DNA of 64,000 bases from Octopus bimaculoides (taxonomy: Eukaryota): assembly GCF_001194135.2 (NCBI RefSeq), contig NC_068985.1:4913703-4977702 (forward strand). The letters run 5' to 3'. A program made the position numbers and the translations under genes. Shown piece after piece: positions 11,521 through 22,581 of this stretch. Position 1 is the first letter of the stretch, and each line of letters begins with the position of its first letter. A model generated the notes under the pieces. It did no database searches and had not been told where the DNA came from. It worked only from the letters and a program-made list of their open reading frames with translations.

Positions 11521-13225
11521 ATCGCAAGGAACGAAGCCAGTATGCTCTGATGGATGTGTAATGTCAGTGTGCTTACTAGACAGAGTGTAAGTACCTTGAG
11601 AGAAAAGTTGAACCGAAGAAGCATCAGTTGTGGTGTGTGAGAGAGACAATTGCACTGCTATGGTCATGTGGTGAGAATGGATGAGGATAGCTGTGTGAAA
11701 AAGTGCTACATCCTAGAGGTTGAGGGAACTTGTGGAAGAGGTAGACCCAGGAAGACCTGGGATGAGGTGCTGAAGCATGACTTTCGAACATTAGGCCTCA
11801 CCAAAGCAATGACTTGTGACCGAGACCTTTGGAAATATGCTGTGTGTAAGAAGACCTGGCAAGCCAAGTGAGACTATAATCTGAGGCCTCTGCCAGGGGC
11901 GCAGCCAGCCCACTTATGCGTACCTTTCCTTCATTGGACACTAAACTGTGTTTGCTAAGACCTGTTGAGGCAAATGAAATCGAACCAAATTTCGACGACT
12001 GGCACCAATGCCGACCTCTCCTTCATTGGACACTAAACTCGGCTTGCGAAGACTTGTTGGGGCAAGTGAAATCGAAATTGAACCAAATTTGACGACTGGC
12101 ACCAATGCGAACCTCTCCTTCATTGGACACTAAACTCCGCTTGCGAAGACCTGTTGGGGTAAGTGAAATCAAAATCATGATTGAACCAAATTCGATGACT
12201 AGCACCTGTGCCAGTGGAGCGCTAACAGCACTGTCCGAGCATGATCAATGCCAGAGCAGCTGACTGGCTTCCGTGCCAGTGTCACGTAAATAGCACCATT
12301 TGAGCATGATTGTTGCCAGTGTCACCTTACTGTCACTTGTGCCGGTGGCACATGAAAAAGCTTTTGAGCGAGGTCATTGCCAGTGCCACTGGACTGGCTC
12401 CAGTGCAGGTGGCACGTAAAATACACCATTTTGAGCGTGGCCATTGCCAGTACTGCCTGAGTGGCCTTCGTGCCGGTGGCACATAAAAGCACCCACTGCA
12501 CTCTCGGAGTGGTTGGCATTAGGAAGGGCATCCAGCTGTAGAAACTCTGCCAAATCAGATTGGAGCCAGGTTCGCCAGTCCTCAGTCAAATCGTCCAGCC
12601 CATGCTAGCATGGAAGGTGGACGTTAAATGATGATGATGAACTAGTATGCTTTTCTGAAGCTTGATAGAAATGAAACTAGTATGCTTTACTGGATGTGAA
12701 ATGTCAATGTGCATGTATGACAGAGTGTAAGCATCTTGAGAGAAAAGTTGAGCATAAGAGGCATCAGATGTGGTGTGCAAAAGAGAAGACTATGCTGGTA
12801 TGGCTATGTGATGTGTATGAGGACGACTGTTAAGAAGTGTCGGTTTCTAACTGTGGTAGACTCAAGAAGATGTGGAGTGATGTAGCGAAGCATGATCTTT
12901 GGATGTTGGGTGTGATGGAGGTGATGACAAATGATTGAGACCTTTGGAGGTTTGCTGTGTTTGAGAAGACTCGTCAGACCAAGTGAAACAGTAGTTGTGG
13001 ACAGTGCTGGTGACACATAAAAGGCACCTGTGCCAGTGACATGTAAAAGGCAGTCACTACACTCTTGGAATGGTTGTTGTTAGGAAGGACATCCAGCCGT
13101 AGAAACCAACTAAAATCAGACTGGTGCCTTGTACAGCTCTCTGGTTTACCAGTTCCATTTAAACTGTTTAACCCATGCCAGCATGGAAAACAGGCACTAA
13201 ATTATGACAATGATGATGATGATGA
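11521..13225 (+). mobile_element. Two truncated RTE LINE 3' ends (RT C-terminus plus 3' UTR)
   Basis: WYGHVVRMDED...VEGTCGRGRPRKTW, followed by the (GAT)n-ending tail at about 12640 and about 13225. Confidence 0.85.
11925..12200 (+). repeat. Three tandem 91-98 bp units within an RTE 3' UTR
   Basis: CCTTCATTGGACACTAAACT recurs at about 11929, 12020 and 12118. Confidence 0.8.
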
Positions 13226-13259
13226 TAAATATGAGTATACATATATCTACTTTTGTGTA

Positions 13260-13415
13260 GGAGTTCACCTCTTGTGTGTCATATTCCTCCAGGTCATATC
13301 AGAGGAATTCAAGACTGGCACCCCTGAGAGCTTCTCTATGCTGATAACTTTGTTCTTATAGCTGAATCACTACCTGAACTAGAGAAGAAATTTCAGGTGT
13401 GGAAACAAGGTCTGG

Positions 13416-13448
<33 letters not shown>

Positions 13449-13995
13449 TGTTTAACGTCCGCTTTCCATGCTAGCATGGGTTGGACGATTTGACTGAGGA
13501 CTGGTGAAACCGGATGGCAACACCAGGCTCCAATCTAATTTGGCAGAGTTTCTACAGCTGGATGCCTTTCCTAACGCCAACCACTCAGAGAGTGTAGTGG
13601 ATGCTTTTATCTGTCACCCGCACGAAGGCCAGTCAGGCAGTACTGGCAACGGCCACGCTCAAAATGGTGTCTTTTATGTGCCACCCGCACAAGAGCCAGT
13701 CCAGGGGCACTGGTAATGATCTCGCTCGAAAATCCTACGAAGGCCAGTCAGGCGGTACTGGCAACAGCCACGCTCAAAATGGTGCATCTTATGTGCCACC
13801 CGCACAAGAGCCAGTCCAGGAGCACTGGCAACGATCTCACTTGACAAATCACAAGTCCTCTCTGGGAGATGACCTTGCTTGATATGTAAGAAGAGTGTTG
13901 GTAGAAACTGCATGAGTTGTACTCAGTGCAAGCGTTGGACACATAAGAGCTGTAGCTGTATCAAGGGTAGGTTAACAGAGAAAATAGTCTTTGTG
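13260..13995 (+). mobile_element. RTE RT fragment interrupted by an antisense RTE-tail insertion (about 13411-13870)
   Basis: LYADNFVLIAESLPELEKKFQVWKQGLES before the insertion; Cys-rich CTQCKRWTHK after it. Confidence 0.7.
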
Positions 13996-14073
13996 GCAAA
14001 CGTGTGGGTGCATATATAAATAATATATCATCATCATCATCATTATCGTTTAACGTCCGCTTTCCATACCAGC

Positions 14074-14570
14074 GCAATCGTCTCTCTTGCACACCACAAC
14101 TGATGCTTCTTAGGTTCAGCTTTTCTCTCAAGATACTTACACTCTGCCGAGAATGCACACTGACATTACTCATCCATCGGAGCATATTGGCTTCATTCCT
14201 TGTGAGCTTACGCATGTCCTCAGCAGTCACGGCTCATGTTTCACTGCCATGTAGCATGGCTGTTCGTACACATGCGTCATATAGTTTTCCTTTTACTCTG
14301 AGTGAGAGGCCCTTTGTCACCAGCAGAGGCAAGAGCTCTCTGAACTTTGCCCAGGCTATTCTTATTCTAGTAGCTACACTTTCAGCGTACCCACTTCCAC
14401 TACTAACTTTGTCACCCAGATAGCGGAAGCTATCAACTACCTCTAGTTTTTCTCCCTGGAATGAGACAGAAGTTGTTTTCTGCATATTTTCAGTGTTTAT
14501 TGCACCTGAACATCTGCCACATAAAAAAACTAACTTCCTAGTTAACCTGCCTTTGATATTGCTACTAACT
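14074..14570 (-). mobile_element. RTE RT fragment
   Basis: EVVDSFRYLG...AWAKFRELLPLL...KLYDACVRTAMLHGSETW. Confidence 0.85.
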
Positions 14571-15666
14571 TCCTAGTTAACCGGCGTTATATATACATAT
14601 ATATATATATTGATACACACACACACACATAGATATATATATATATCAATATAAATACACGAAAGTTCACTTCATTTGACTAAAAATTCTTCAAGTTGAT
14701 GTTCCAGCATGGCCGCAGCCTAATGATTGAAATTAGTAAAACATAAAAGACAAAGATCCATGGAAGGTAATGTTGTTGAAGAGCACATGCATCACTAAAT
14801 GTGACTGATGCTAAAGAATTGATATTACCTACTACATGACAATACTACATGTGATTGGTGATGCATTAAGTTGTAGATCACTGTCTCTCTGCTTCACCAT
14901 AACCTTTCATCATCCAACATGATATCACCTCCTCCAATGTACCCTCCCTGACAAAAGAGCTTTTTTTTTTGTCTTTCAAGTACTTGGTGACTCTGTCTGT
15001 GCAGGTGCCACTTGAAAACACCCAGTTCACTGCTAAGTGGTTGGCATTTGGAAGGGCATCCAACTGTAAAAACCTTGCCAAAACTGACCTCGCCTGTGCT
15101 TGTACTGTGTAAAAAGCACTAAGTCCACTCTGCTGAGTGGTTGGTGTTAGGAAGGGCCTCCAGCCGTAAAAAGTCTGGTGCAGGTTTCTACCTGGCTGGC
15201 ACTTGTCAAACCGTCCTACCCATACCTGCATGGAAGGTGGATGTTAAACAATGATGATGATGAAATTCTTTATTTATAATAGTTAACTCCACCTACAGAA
15301 GATGTATCATAATTACCTAATAGCAAATATGACCAGCACCGTTTGAGGAAGTGACATGCCATTGAGAAAAAAGACAGACTTTTTTGTTTTGAGCCAACAA
15401 GACAGTCGTGCACACATGTTTCTGCGTCAATAGTTGCCATCAGAGAAAAAAGTTGAGTTGTGTGAATTTTCTGAAACTCTGCTCCCCAACTCCTTGGAAA
15501 AATTCTTTTCTATAAATCCCTATATACTCTGAACACAACATCAAAGCGGTATTTGTTGAAAATTTCGTTAAAAAGTATAAATTTTTCTGGAAGTTATGAG
15601 GCAACAAAGTTGGGGGTGGTTATACCATAAAAATCTAGCCTGTTGTCACAAGAATTATAGACACAA

Positions 15667-16138
15667 GAGTGGCTGTGTGGTAAGTAGCTTGCTTACCAAC
15701 CACATGGTTCCAGGTTCAGTCCTACTGGGTGGCACCTTAGGTAAGTGTCTTCTACTATAGCCTCAGGTCAACCAAAGCATTGTGAGTGCATTTGGTAGAC
15801 AGAAACTGAAAGAAGCCCGTCATGTATATGGTTAGAGCATTGATCTTATGACTGTGAGGTTGTGAGTTCGAGCCGGGCTGCGTGTTGTGTTCTTGAGCAA
15901 GATACTTTATTTCACGTTGCTCCAGTTAACTCTGCTGTAGAAATGAGTTACGACATCACTAGTACCAAGCTGTACTGGCTTTTGCCTTTCCCTTGGATAA
16001 CATCGGTGGCGTGGAGAGGGGAGGCTGGTATGCATGGGCGACTGCTGGTCTTCCATAAACAACTTTGCCTTGACTTGTGTCTTGGCGGGGAACTTTCTAG
16101 GTGCAATCCCATGGTCAGTCATGACTGAAGGAGGTCTC

Positions 16139-16195
<57 letters not shown>

Positions 16196-16430
16196 NNNNN
16201 NNNNNACTTAGCGGTTCGGTAATAGAGACCGATAGAATAAGTACTAGGCTTACAAAGAATAAGTCCTGGGTCGATTTGTTCGATTAAAGGTGGTACTCTA
16301 GTATGGCCGCAGTCAAATGAGTGAAACAAATAAAAGAAAAAATGTGTCTCTGTGTTTGTGTTAGCCCCCCACCCACCTTTTGACAACCGGTGTATGCTAT
16401 TCGTGTAACTTAGCAGTTGCGCAAAAGAAA
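15667..16430 (+). mobile_element. tRNA-derived SINE family B with CORE-like segment and a nested second SINE at about 15830-16139 (other copies: 31520-31680, 32955-33272, 34865-35125, 41190-41450(-), 45245-45640, 46380-46745(-), 47945-48325)
   Basis: GTGGCTGTGTGGTAAG...GGTTCAGTCC...CACCTTGGGCAAGTGTCTTCTACTATAGCC, then a microsatellite and a shared tail. Confidence 0.8.
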
Positions 16431-16595
16431 CCGATAGAAAAAGTAACAGGCTTTAAAAAAAAAAAAAAATACTTGGGGTCGATTGGTTAACTAAAACCTT
16501 TCAAGACAGTGCCCCACCATGGCCGAAGTCCAATGACAAACAAGATAAAAGATTAATATATAACTACGTTAGGGCGGCGAGCTGGCAGAATCGTT

Positions 16596-16679
16596 GGTAA
16601 ATTACCCTAACCCTGACCCTAAAACCCTAATCCTAACACCCTAGTGAAGATCGTGCGGGTGTTAATCTGAAAATTTACC
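16596..16679. mobile_element. 84-bp Merlin-like mini-element with telomeric-type repeats inserted in a SINE head
   Basis: GGTAAATT...AATTTACC termini; exact 8-bp target-site duplication GAATCGTT at 16588-16595 and 16680-16687. Confidence 0.85.
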
Positions 16680-17099
16680 GAATCGTTAGCATGCTGGGCA
16701 AAACGCCTAGCGACATTTCGACCACCTTTGAACCATGAGGGTTCAAATTCCTCCAAAGTCGACTTTCGATAAAATAAGCACCATTTGAACACTAGGGTCG
16801 ATGTAATCGACTTACCACCTCCCCCAAAATTGCTGGCCTTGTGCCAACATTTGAAATCATTATATAACCGCATCAAGGCAGCGAACTGAGAAAAATGTTA
16901 GCACCCTGGGCAAATTGCTTAGCAGCATTTCATCCGCTTTTACGTTCGGAGTTCACATTTCCCGAGATCTACTTTGGTTTTCATCTATTCGGAGTCGATA
17001 AAATAAGCTCCAGTTGAGCTCTAAGGACGACGTAATCGAATTTCTCCCTTTCTCGAAATTATTGGCCTTACGCCAACCTTTATAACTATTATATAATTG

Positions 17100-17209
17100 C
17101 ATTCTCCTCATAGATTTTACTTTCACTTCTTAACTGAAGGGTAGATAACTCGTACGAAATGAGTCAGCAAGATTAGAGAGCTCTTCTGCTTCTGCGACAT
17201 AAATTCAAC
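17100..17209 (+). promoter_or_regulatory. Proximal promoter/5' UTR of NSFL1C with AP-1-like TGAGTCA (17160-17166) and a 5-codon uORF (17159-17176)
   Basis: Motifs read directly; function and transcription start are inferred. Confidence 0.35.
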
Positions 17210-17314
17210 ATGGATCCCGGTCAGGAATCTTTGGTGGAACAATTTATTAAAGTCACTGAAGTAGACAGAGATCGAGCCAAATTTTTCCTTGAGTCTTCAT
17301 CATGGGATTTAGAA
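17210..17314 (+). CDS. NSFL1C: p47 exon 1 (UBA-like): MDPGQESLVEQFIKVTEVDRDRAKFFLESSSWDLE
   Basis: ATG in TTCAACATG context; 35 codons; phase-0 donor GTATTT at 17315. Confidence 0.93.
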
Positions 17315-17471
17315 GTATTTACATATTTTTTTATATATACCGTACAAACATTGAAGTATTATATGGATAATATCTTTTGTTTTTAAATAATTTTCATTCC
17401 AACGTATCTTCTATTGTCTAAATGTATGAATGTGTGTGTAGGGGGTATGTTTATACCTCTCTCTCTCTCTC

Positions 17472-17591
<120 letters not shown>

Positions 17592-17815
17592 AGGTTATAC
17601 GTTTATATGTGTGTGTTTATATATATCCACACATAGGTTGTATTTTGTGTGTTCATCTGTGTGTATATAGTGTTACTAATCGAGAGGCGACTAAGGTAAG
17701 ACCAGTACTGGACTGAGTACTTTACCAAAAGTAGAATGGAAATGAATTATCATATCGAACCAATTAATCAATCATTCAATCTCTCTCAAATTTCATATAT
17801 ATATATATATGTATG

Positions 17816-17846
<31 letters not shown>

Positions 17847-19215
17847 TGTGTGTGTCCGTGTGAGTATGTCTGAGATCCAGAAAAAACACCAATTGGTTAA
17901 AAAAATTCATTAGACAAAAGCCGTCATTTATAAAGCAGAGAAAGACAACATAGATACTGTTTGATTGTAGATATTTCAACAAAATATTCAGTCTGCTTCT
18001 CAAGGAAAAACAAATTAATGTAATGTATTCAACAGTGAAAGCATTATATTAAACCAAGAGTAAATAAATTAATCATAAATGAATTAAAAAAGAACAAAAA
18101 AACTATTTTAATTACTACGTACTTGGGTTTTTTTAATAGCGAGGTTTTGTCGTAGTGTTGTGTATTATTTTTCATATCAGCTGTCGACTGGAGATCGTAA
18201 CGATTTGCGTTACCTTCCGAAAGCATCGCTTCCAAACCGCAGTGATATTAATAGGGAATGTTTCGGTTCTTATAACGAACACAGTAGCACGTTTGTTTAC
18301 TCTTGTCTACACAACCATCTCACTTATTTGGGTGCCAGTGTAACCACCTCAACCTTGCAGCAACTGTTTTGTTTTCTAATTGCAGAATATTTTTCGTTCT
18401 AAGTTTCAATATTTCTCACATATAAAGCGGTGAACTGGTAGAAACGTTAGCACGTCGGGCAAAATGCTTAGCGGCATTTTGTCCGTCTTTAGGTTGTGAG
18501 TTCAAACGACGCCGAAGTCGACTTTACCTTTCAACCTTTCGGAATCGATAAAATATGTAACCAGTTGAACACCGAAATCAATGTAATCGGCTTACTCCCT
18601 GCCCTGAAATTGCTGGCCCTGTGCCAGCCTTTGAAATCAGTATATAACCGCATTATACAGTCGTAATCTAAATACGATTTTACTTTCACTTCTGTCCTAT
18701 TTCTCTTGTAAACTACTGCACTACTAATTTTCCTTAGTCCAAATACCACCCAAATAGACATTGTAGGCCTAGTCATAACCCCCACAACACCCCATTTCTT
18801 TTTGAAGCACTCTACACTTCCATTGTTGTACGCTAGATGATCCCTGAAGTCCTTCATAGTTTAGACCAGTGGTTCCCAACCTGTACTCCACGGACCCCAG
18901 GTTGTACTAGGGGTCCATGAATTAAATTCAAAATTTCATTGGCTCCTGTGCAGGTGGCACGTTAAAAACACCATTTTGAGCATGGCCCTTACCAGTACCG
19001 CCTGACTGGCCCTCGTGCTGGTGACACATAAAAGCACCCACTACTTTCTAGGAGTGGTTGGCATTAGGAAGGGCATCCAGCTGTAGAAACTCTGCCAGAT
19101 CAGATTGGAGCCTGGTGCAGCCATCTAGTTCGCCAGTCCTCTGTCACAATTAGTGACAATTAAATTTTACCTTTATGGTTTTATATTGTGCTTAATTTCT
19201 TCTATAATTCTTATG

Positions 19216-19271
<56 letters not shown>

Positions 19272-19274
<3 letters not shown>

Positions 19275-21078
19275 AAAAAAAGTCAAGGTAGAAAATGCTA
19301 AAATAATTTTATAAAAAACATTTCAGTACCGGTTTCAGTCATTGAGACTTTTTCAACTCTAATTATAGAAAACAATTAAATTTTGTAAAATTAAAAGAAA
19401 ATTTTCTTAAAAGAATATTTGCATAGTATTCAAATACAAGGGACATTTTCCTTGTTTCTGCCTGTTTCTGTCTCTCATGTTTACTCTTGTGGGTTCGAGG
19501 TCGTTGTGAATTCTTAGTAGGGAAGAAGAAGGGAGTGCCATGATAGTAGTAGGATGTTAAATGGTCAAGTGCCCTGAAAGTGACCCGTTGTGGATGGTAG
19601 TAGTGATTAAATTCTTGAGATGTCTCTTTTGAATGTTTTCTTTATAAANNNNNNNNNNNNNNNNNNNNNNNNNNNNNNNNNNNNNNNNNNNNNNNNNNNN
19701 NNNNNNNNNNNNNNNNNNNNNNNNNNNNNNNNNNNNNNNNNNNNNNNNNNNNNNNNNNNNNNNNNNNNNNNNNNNNNNNNNNNNNNNNNNNNNNNNNNNN
19801 NNNNNNNNNNNNNNNNNNNNNNNNNNNNNNNNNNNNNNNNNNNNNNNNNNNNNNNNNNNNNNNNNNNNNNNNNNNNNNNNNNNNNNNNNNNNNNNNNNNN
19901 NNNNNNNNNNNNNNNNNNNNNNNNNNNNNNNNNNNNNNNNNNNNNNNNNNNNNNNNNNNNNNNNNNNNNNNNNNNNNNNNNNNNNNNNNNNNNNNNNNNN
20001 NNNNNNNNNNNNNNNNNNNNNNNNNNNNNNNNNNNNNNNNNNNNNNNNNNNNNNNNNNNNNNNNNNNNNNNNNNNNNNNNNNNNNNNNNNNNNNNNNNNN
20101 NNNNNNNNNNNNNNNNNNNNNNNNNNNNNNNNNNNNNNNNNNNNNNNNNNNNNNNNNNNNNNNNNNNNNNNNNNNNNNNNNNNNNNNNNNNNNNNNNNNN
20201 NNNNNNNNNNNNNNNNNNNNNNNNNNNNNNNNNNNNNNNNNNNNNNNNNNNNNNNNNNNNNNNNNNNNNNNNNNNNNNNNNNNNNNNNNNNNNNNNNNNN
20301 NNNNNNNNNNNNNNNNNNNNNNNNNNNNNNNNNNNNNNNNNNNNNNNNNNNNNNNNNNNNNNNNNNNNNAAATTCATTCTGTGGTCCCTTTTTAGTAGGG
20401 GAATGTTTTGGAGGATGGTGTCGAAGGCTTCATTGTTAAGAGAGTTGTGTTTGGAGATGTATGGTAGGGTGTTCGGTTGTAAATCCTTCTTTAATTTGGG
20501 ATGTCTGAGTTTGTGGATGTTGAGTTGAAGGGCACGTTGAAAGCATATGTCAATTAGTGAAGGTCGGTAGTTCCTGGTGATGAGTGTATCCTTTAGTTCA
20601 TGTAGTTGTGTGTCTCTGGTGTTTGCATTAGAAACTATAGTACATATCCTTTTTGCTAGGTTGAAGGGGATATTCATTCCGGGGTGGCATGAGTTGAATG
20701 GTAGATATTGGTTGGAGTCTGTGTGCTTATAATATATATCTGTTTCTATTATGTTAGATTTCTTAATGAGTATGTAGAGGAAGGGAAGTTGTTGATGGAT
20801 ATTCTCCATTGTGAATTGAATGTTTACTTCAAGTTCATTTAAAAGTGCTTGGAATTCTTTAAGTTTCTCTATATTTTCATCCCAAAGAATGAAACGATCA
20901 TCCAGGTATCTCTTCCAGTTATTTTCTATGTAGAGAGAGAATGGGTTGCCATATTTTTCTAGAACCTTACGATAAAGACTAATTTCTAGATATCCCATGA
21001 CTAGGTTAGCAAAGGAGGGGGCCATTCTTGTACCCATCGCAGTCCCCGATTTTTGTCGAGAGGTTTTTGTCTTTGAAG
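19272..21078 (-). mobile_element. Penelope-like retroelement (RT, gap, 3' terminal repeat); partial terminal copy at 43687-43890 (+)
   Basis: GTAMGTRMAPSFANLVMGYLE, WKRYLDD, LPFL, YYKHTDSNQYL..SCHP are Penelope-type RT motifs; the expected GIY-YIG region falls in the N gap. Confidence 0.9.
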
Positions 21079-21158
21079 ACGAAGTAATTATTTTCCAGGA
21101 TGAATTTTAGCCCTTCTATCACAAGTTCTTTTTTGATGCAATGTGGGAGTTTGTTGGC

Positions 21159-21195
<37 letters not shown>

Positions 21196-21229
21196 AATGT
21201 AACATATATGTATGTATATGTGTGTGTGT

Positions 21230-21600
21230 GTCAGTGTCCCCTGACCAGCTCTCGTGTCAGCGGCATGTAAGTTGGTGTTGCAGATCATTAGGTCATTCGC
21301 ATCACAGAACTCCAGTAGCCTTGTTCCCTCCCTGTTTTGGGAACCAATTCCATGGCCCCCATGTGCATCGTGGACGATATCTGGGTGCTGCCCAATATGT
21401 ACATTGAAATCACCAATCACAAAGATGGAGTCATTGTCATTTGTCTTTGAGGTAACCTGCAGAAGAATATCATAAAAGTGGTCCTTTTGTTCATTTGGCA
21501 GACCCACTTGAGGGCCATGGGCAGAGATAATTGTTGCTGTATTACTCTGCAAAACTAACCCAAATATCACTGTTTCTCTGGAAATTTGCAGTTGGTGTCA
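21230..21600 (-). mobile_element. APE endonuclease fragment of a non-LTR (RTE-like) element
   Basis: IISAHGPQVG...IFVIGDFNVHIG...NREGTRLLEFCDANDLMICNT. Confidence 0.85.
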
Positions 21601-22544
21601 GGATCTTGTAGGTTTCAACGTCTAGGGAGCAGACTTTGGTATCAGTATTGTGCTGCAAATGCATTGTGGGATATTCTGTTGCTGTAAGAGGAAAGCTCTG
21701 ACTGATGTTTTGCTTAGTCACTTATAATTTTCTTTGTTTACACCCCCTTTTTAAATACCTAGGTTTTTTTGTACCACTAATTACATGGAGAGGGAGACAG
21801 AGACCATTGATGCAAAGATCTTGGGTTTGAAGAACAGTTTTTCCACATTCAGTTGTTAATAGCAAAACATGTTTTGATTTCAGAATTCTAAATATTTCAA
21901 GCATAGATCTTTAGATAATCCACAGAGAATTTATAGGTAATATAAGTGTGTTCTGCTGTTGCAGACTCTATGACATAGCCAGTGGATTTGGGGCCAAAAT
22001 AATCAGACGTACAGGTAGCATGTCACCTTGGTATATTTCCATTGAAATATTAATAACACTGGAGACAGTAATTCCATTTTCAGTTAAAAGAACCACTTCT
22101 TAGCTTTTCAATATCGGAGGTAGCAGGCACTTCTGCCTTGTGTATTGACTTTGAGAGCGATGAGTTGGAAATGGAATCTAATGCCATTCTGTCATTAAAC
22201 CTTTAGCATTCAGATTATTCTGTCCAATGAAATGCTTATTTATTTATTCACATTGTCTCGAATTAATCATGCATGATCTCATAGCTTCAAGATTTTGATG
22301 GTGTGTTTGATATTTTTAGAATGACATTGTAGGTTAGGAATGAGGTGCCATATTTGACCAGTTTGAACATAAAACAGGTAGGCTACTTGGGCCTCATACG
22401 GTCACTGTAAATGCTAAGGGATTAAACCACACAATCGCAAGGTTTCTGAGGTATCTTCTTATCTCAGACAACACAGCTTTATTTAACAAAAGAAGAGGTG
22501 AGTCTCCTTCCAGACCATTTATAGTTTGTATGGTAGCAAATGTT

Positions 22545-22581
<37 letters not shown>

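Noticed and set aside
11925-12200. CRISPR array or HDV-like ribozyme
   Set aside because: Eukaryotic LINE 3' UTR with no unique spacers or cas genes; I could not build the HDV double pseudoknot.
16572-16760. tRNA genes (here and at other A/B-box sequences)
   Set aside because: They are SINE heads continuing into shared bodies and tails, without a complete cloverleaf.
17315-17320. Introns 1 and 3 (GTATTT donors) as U12 introns
   Set aside because: They lack the CC of GTATCC, and no U12 branch site is visible near their acceptors; treated as U2.
18531-18857. 108-aa minus-strand ORF
   Set aside because: About a third overlaps an antisense SINE; no motif or splice support.
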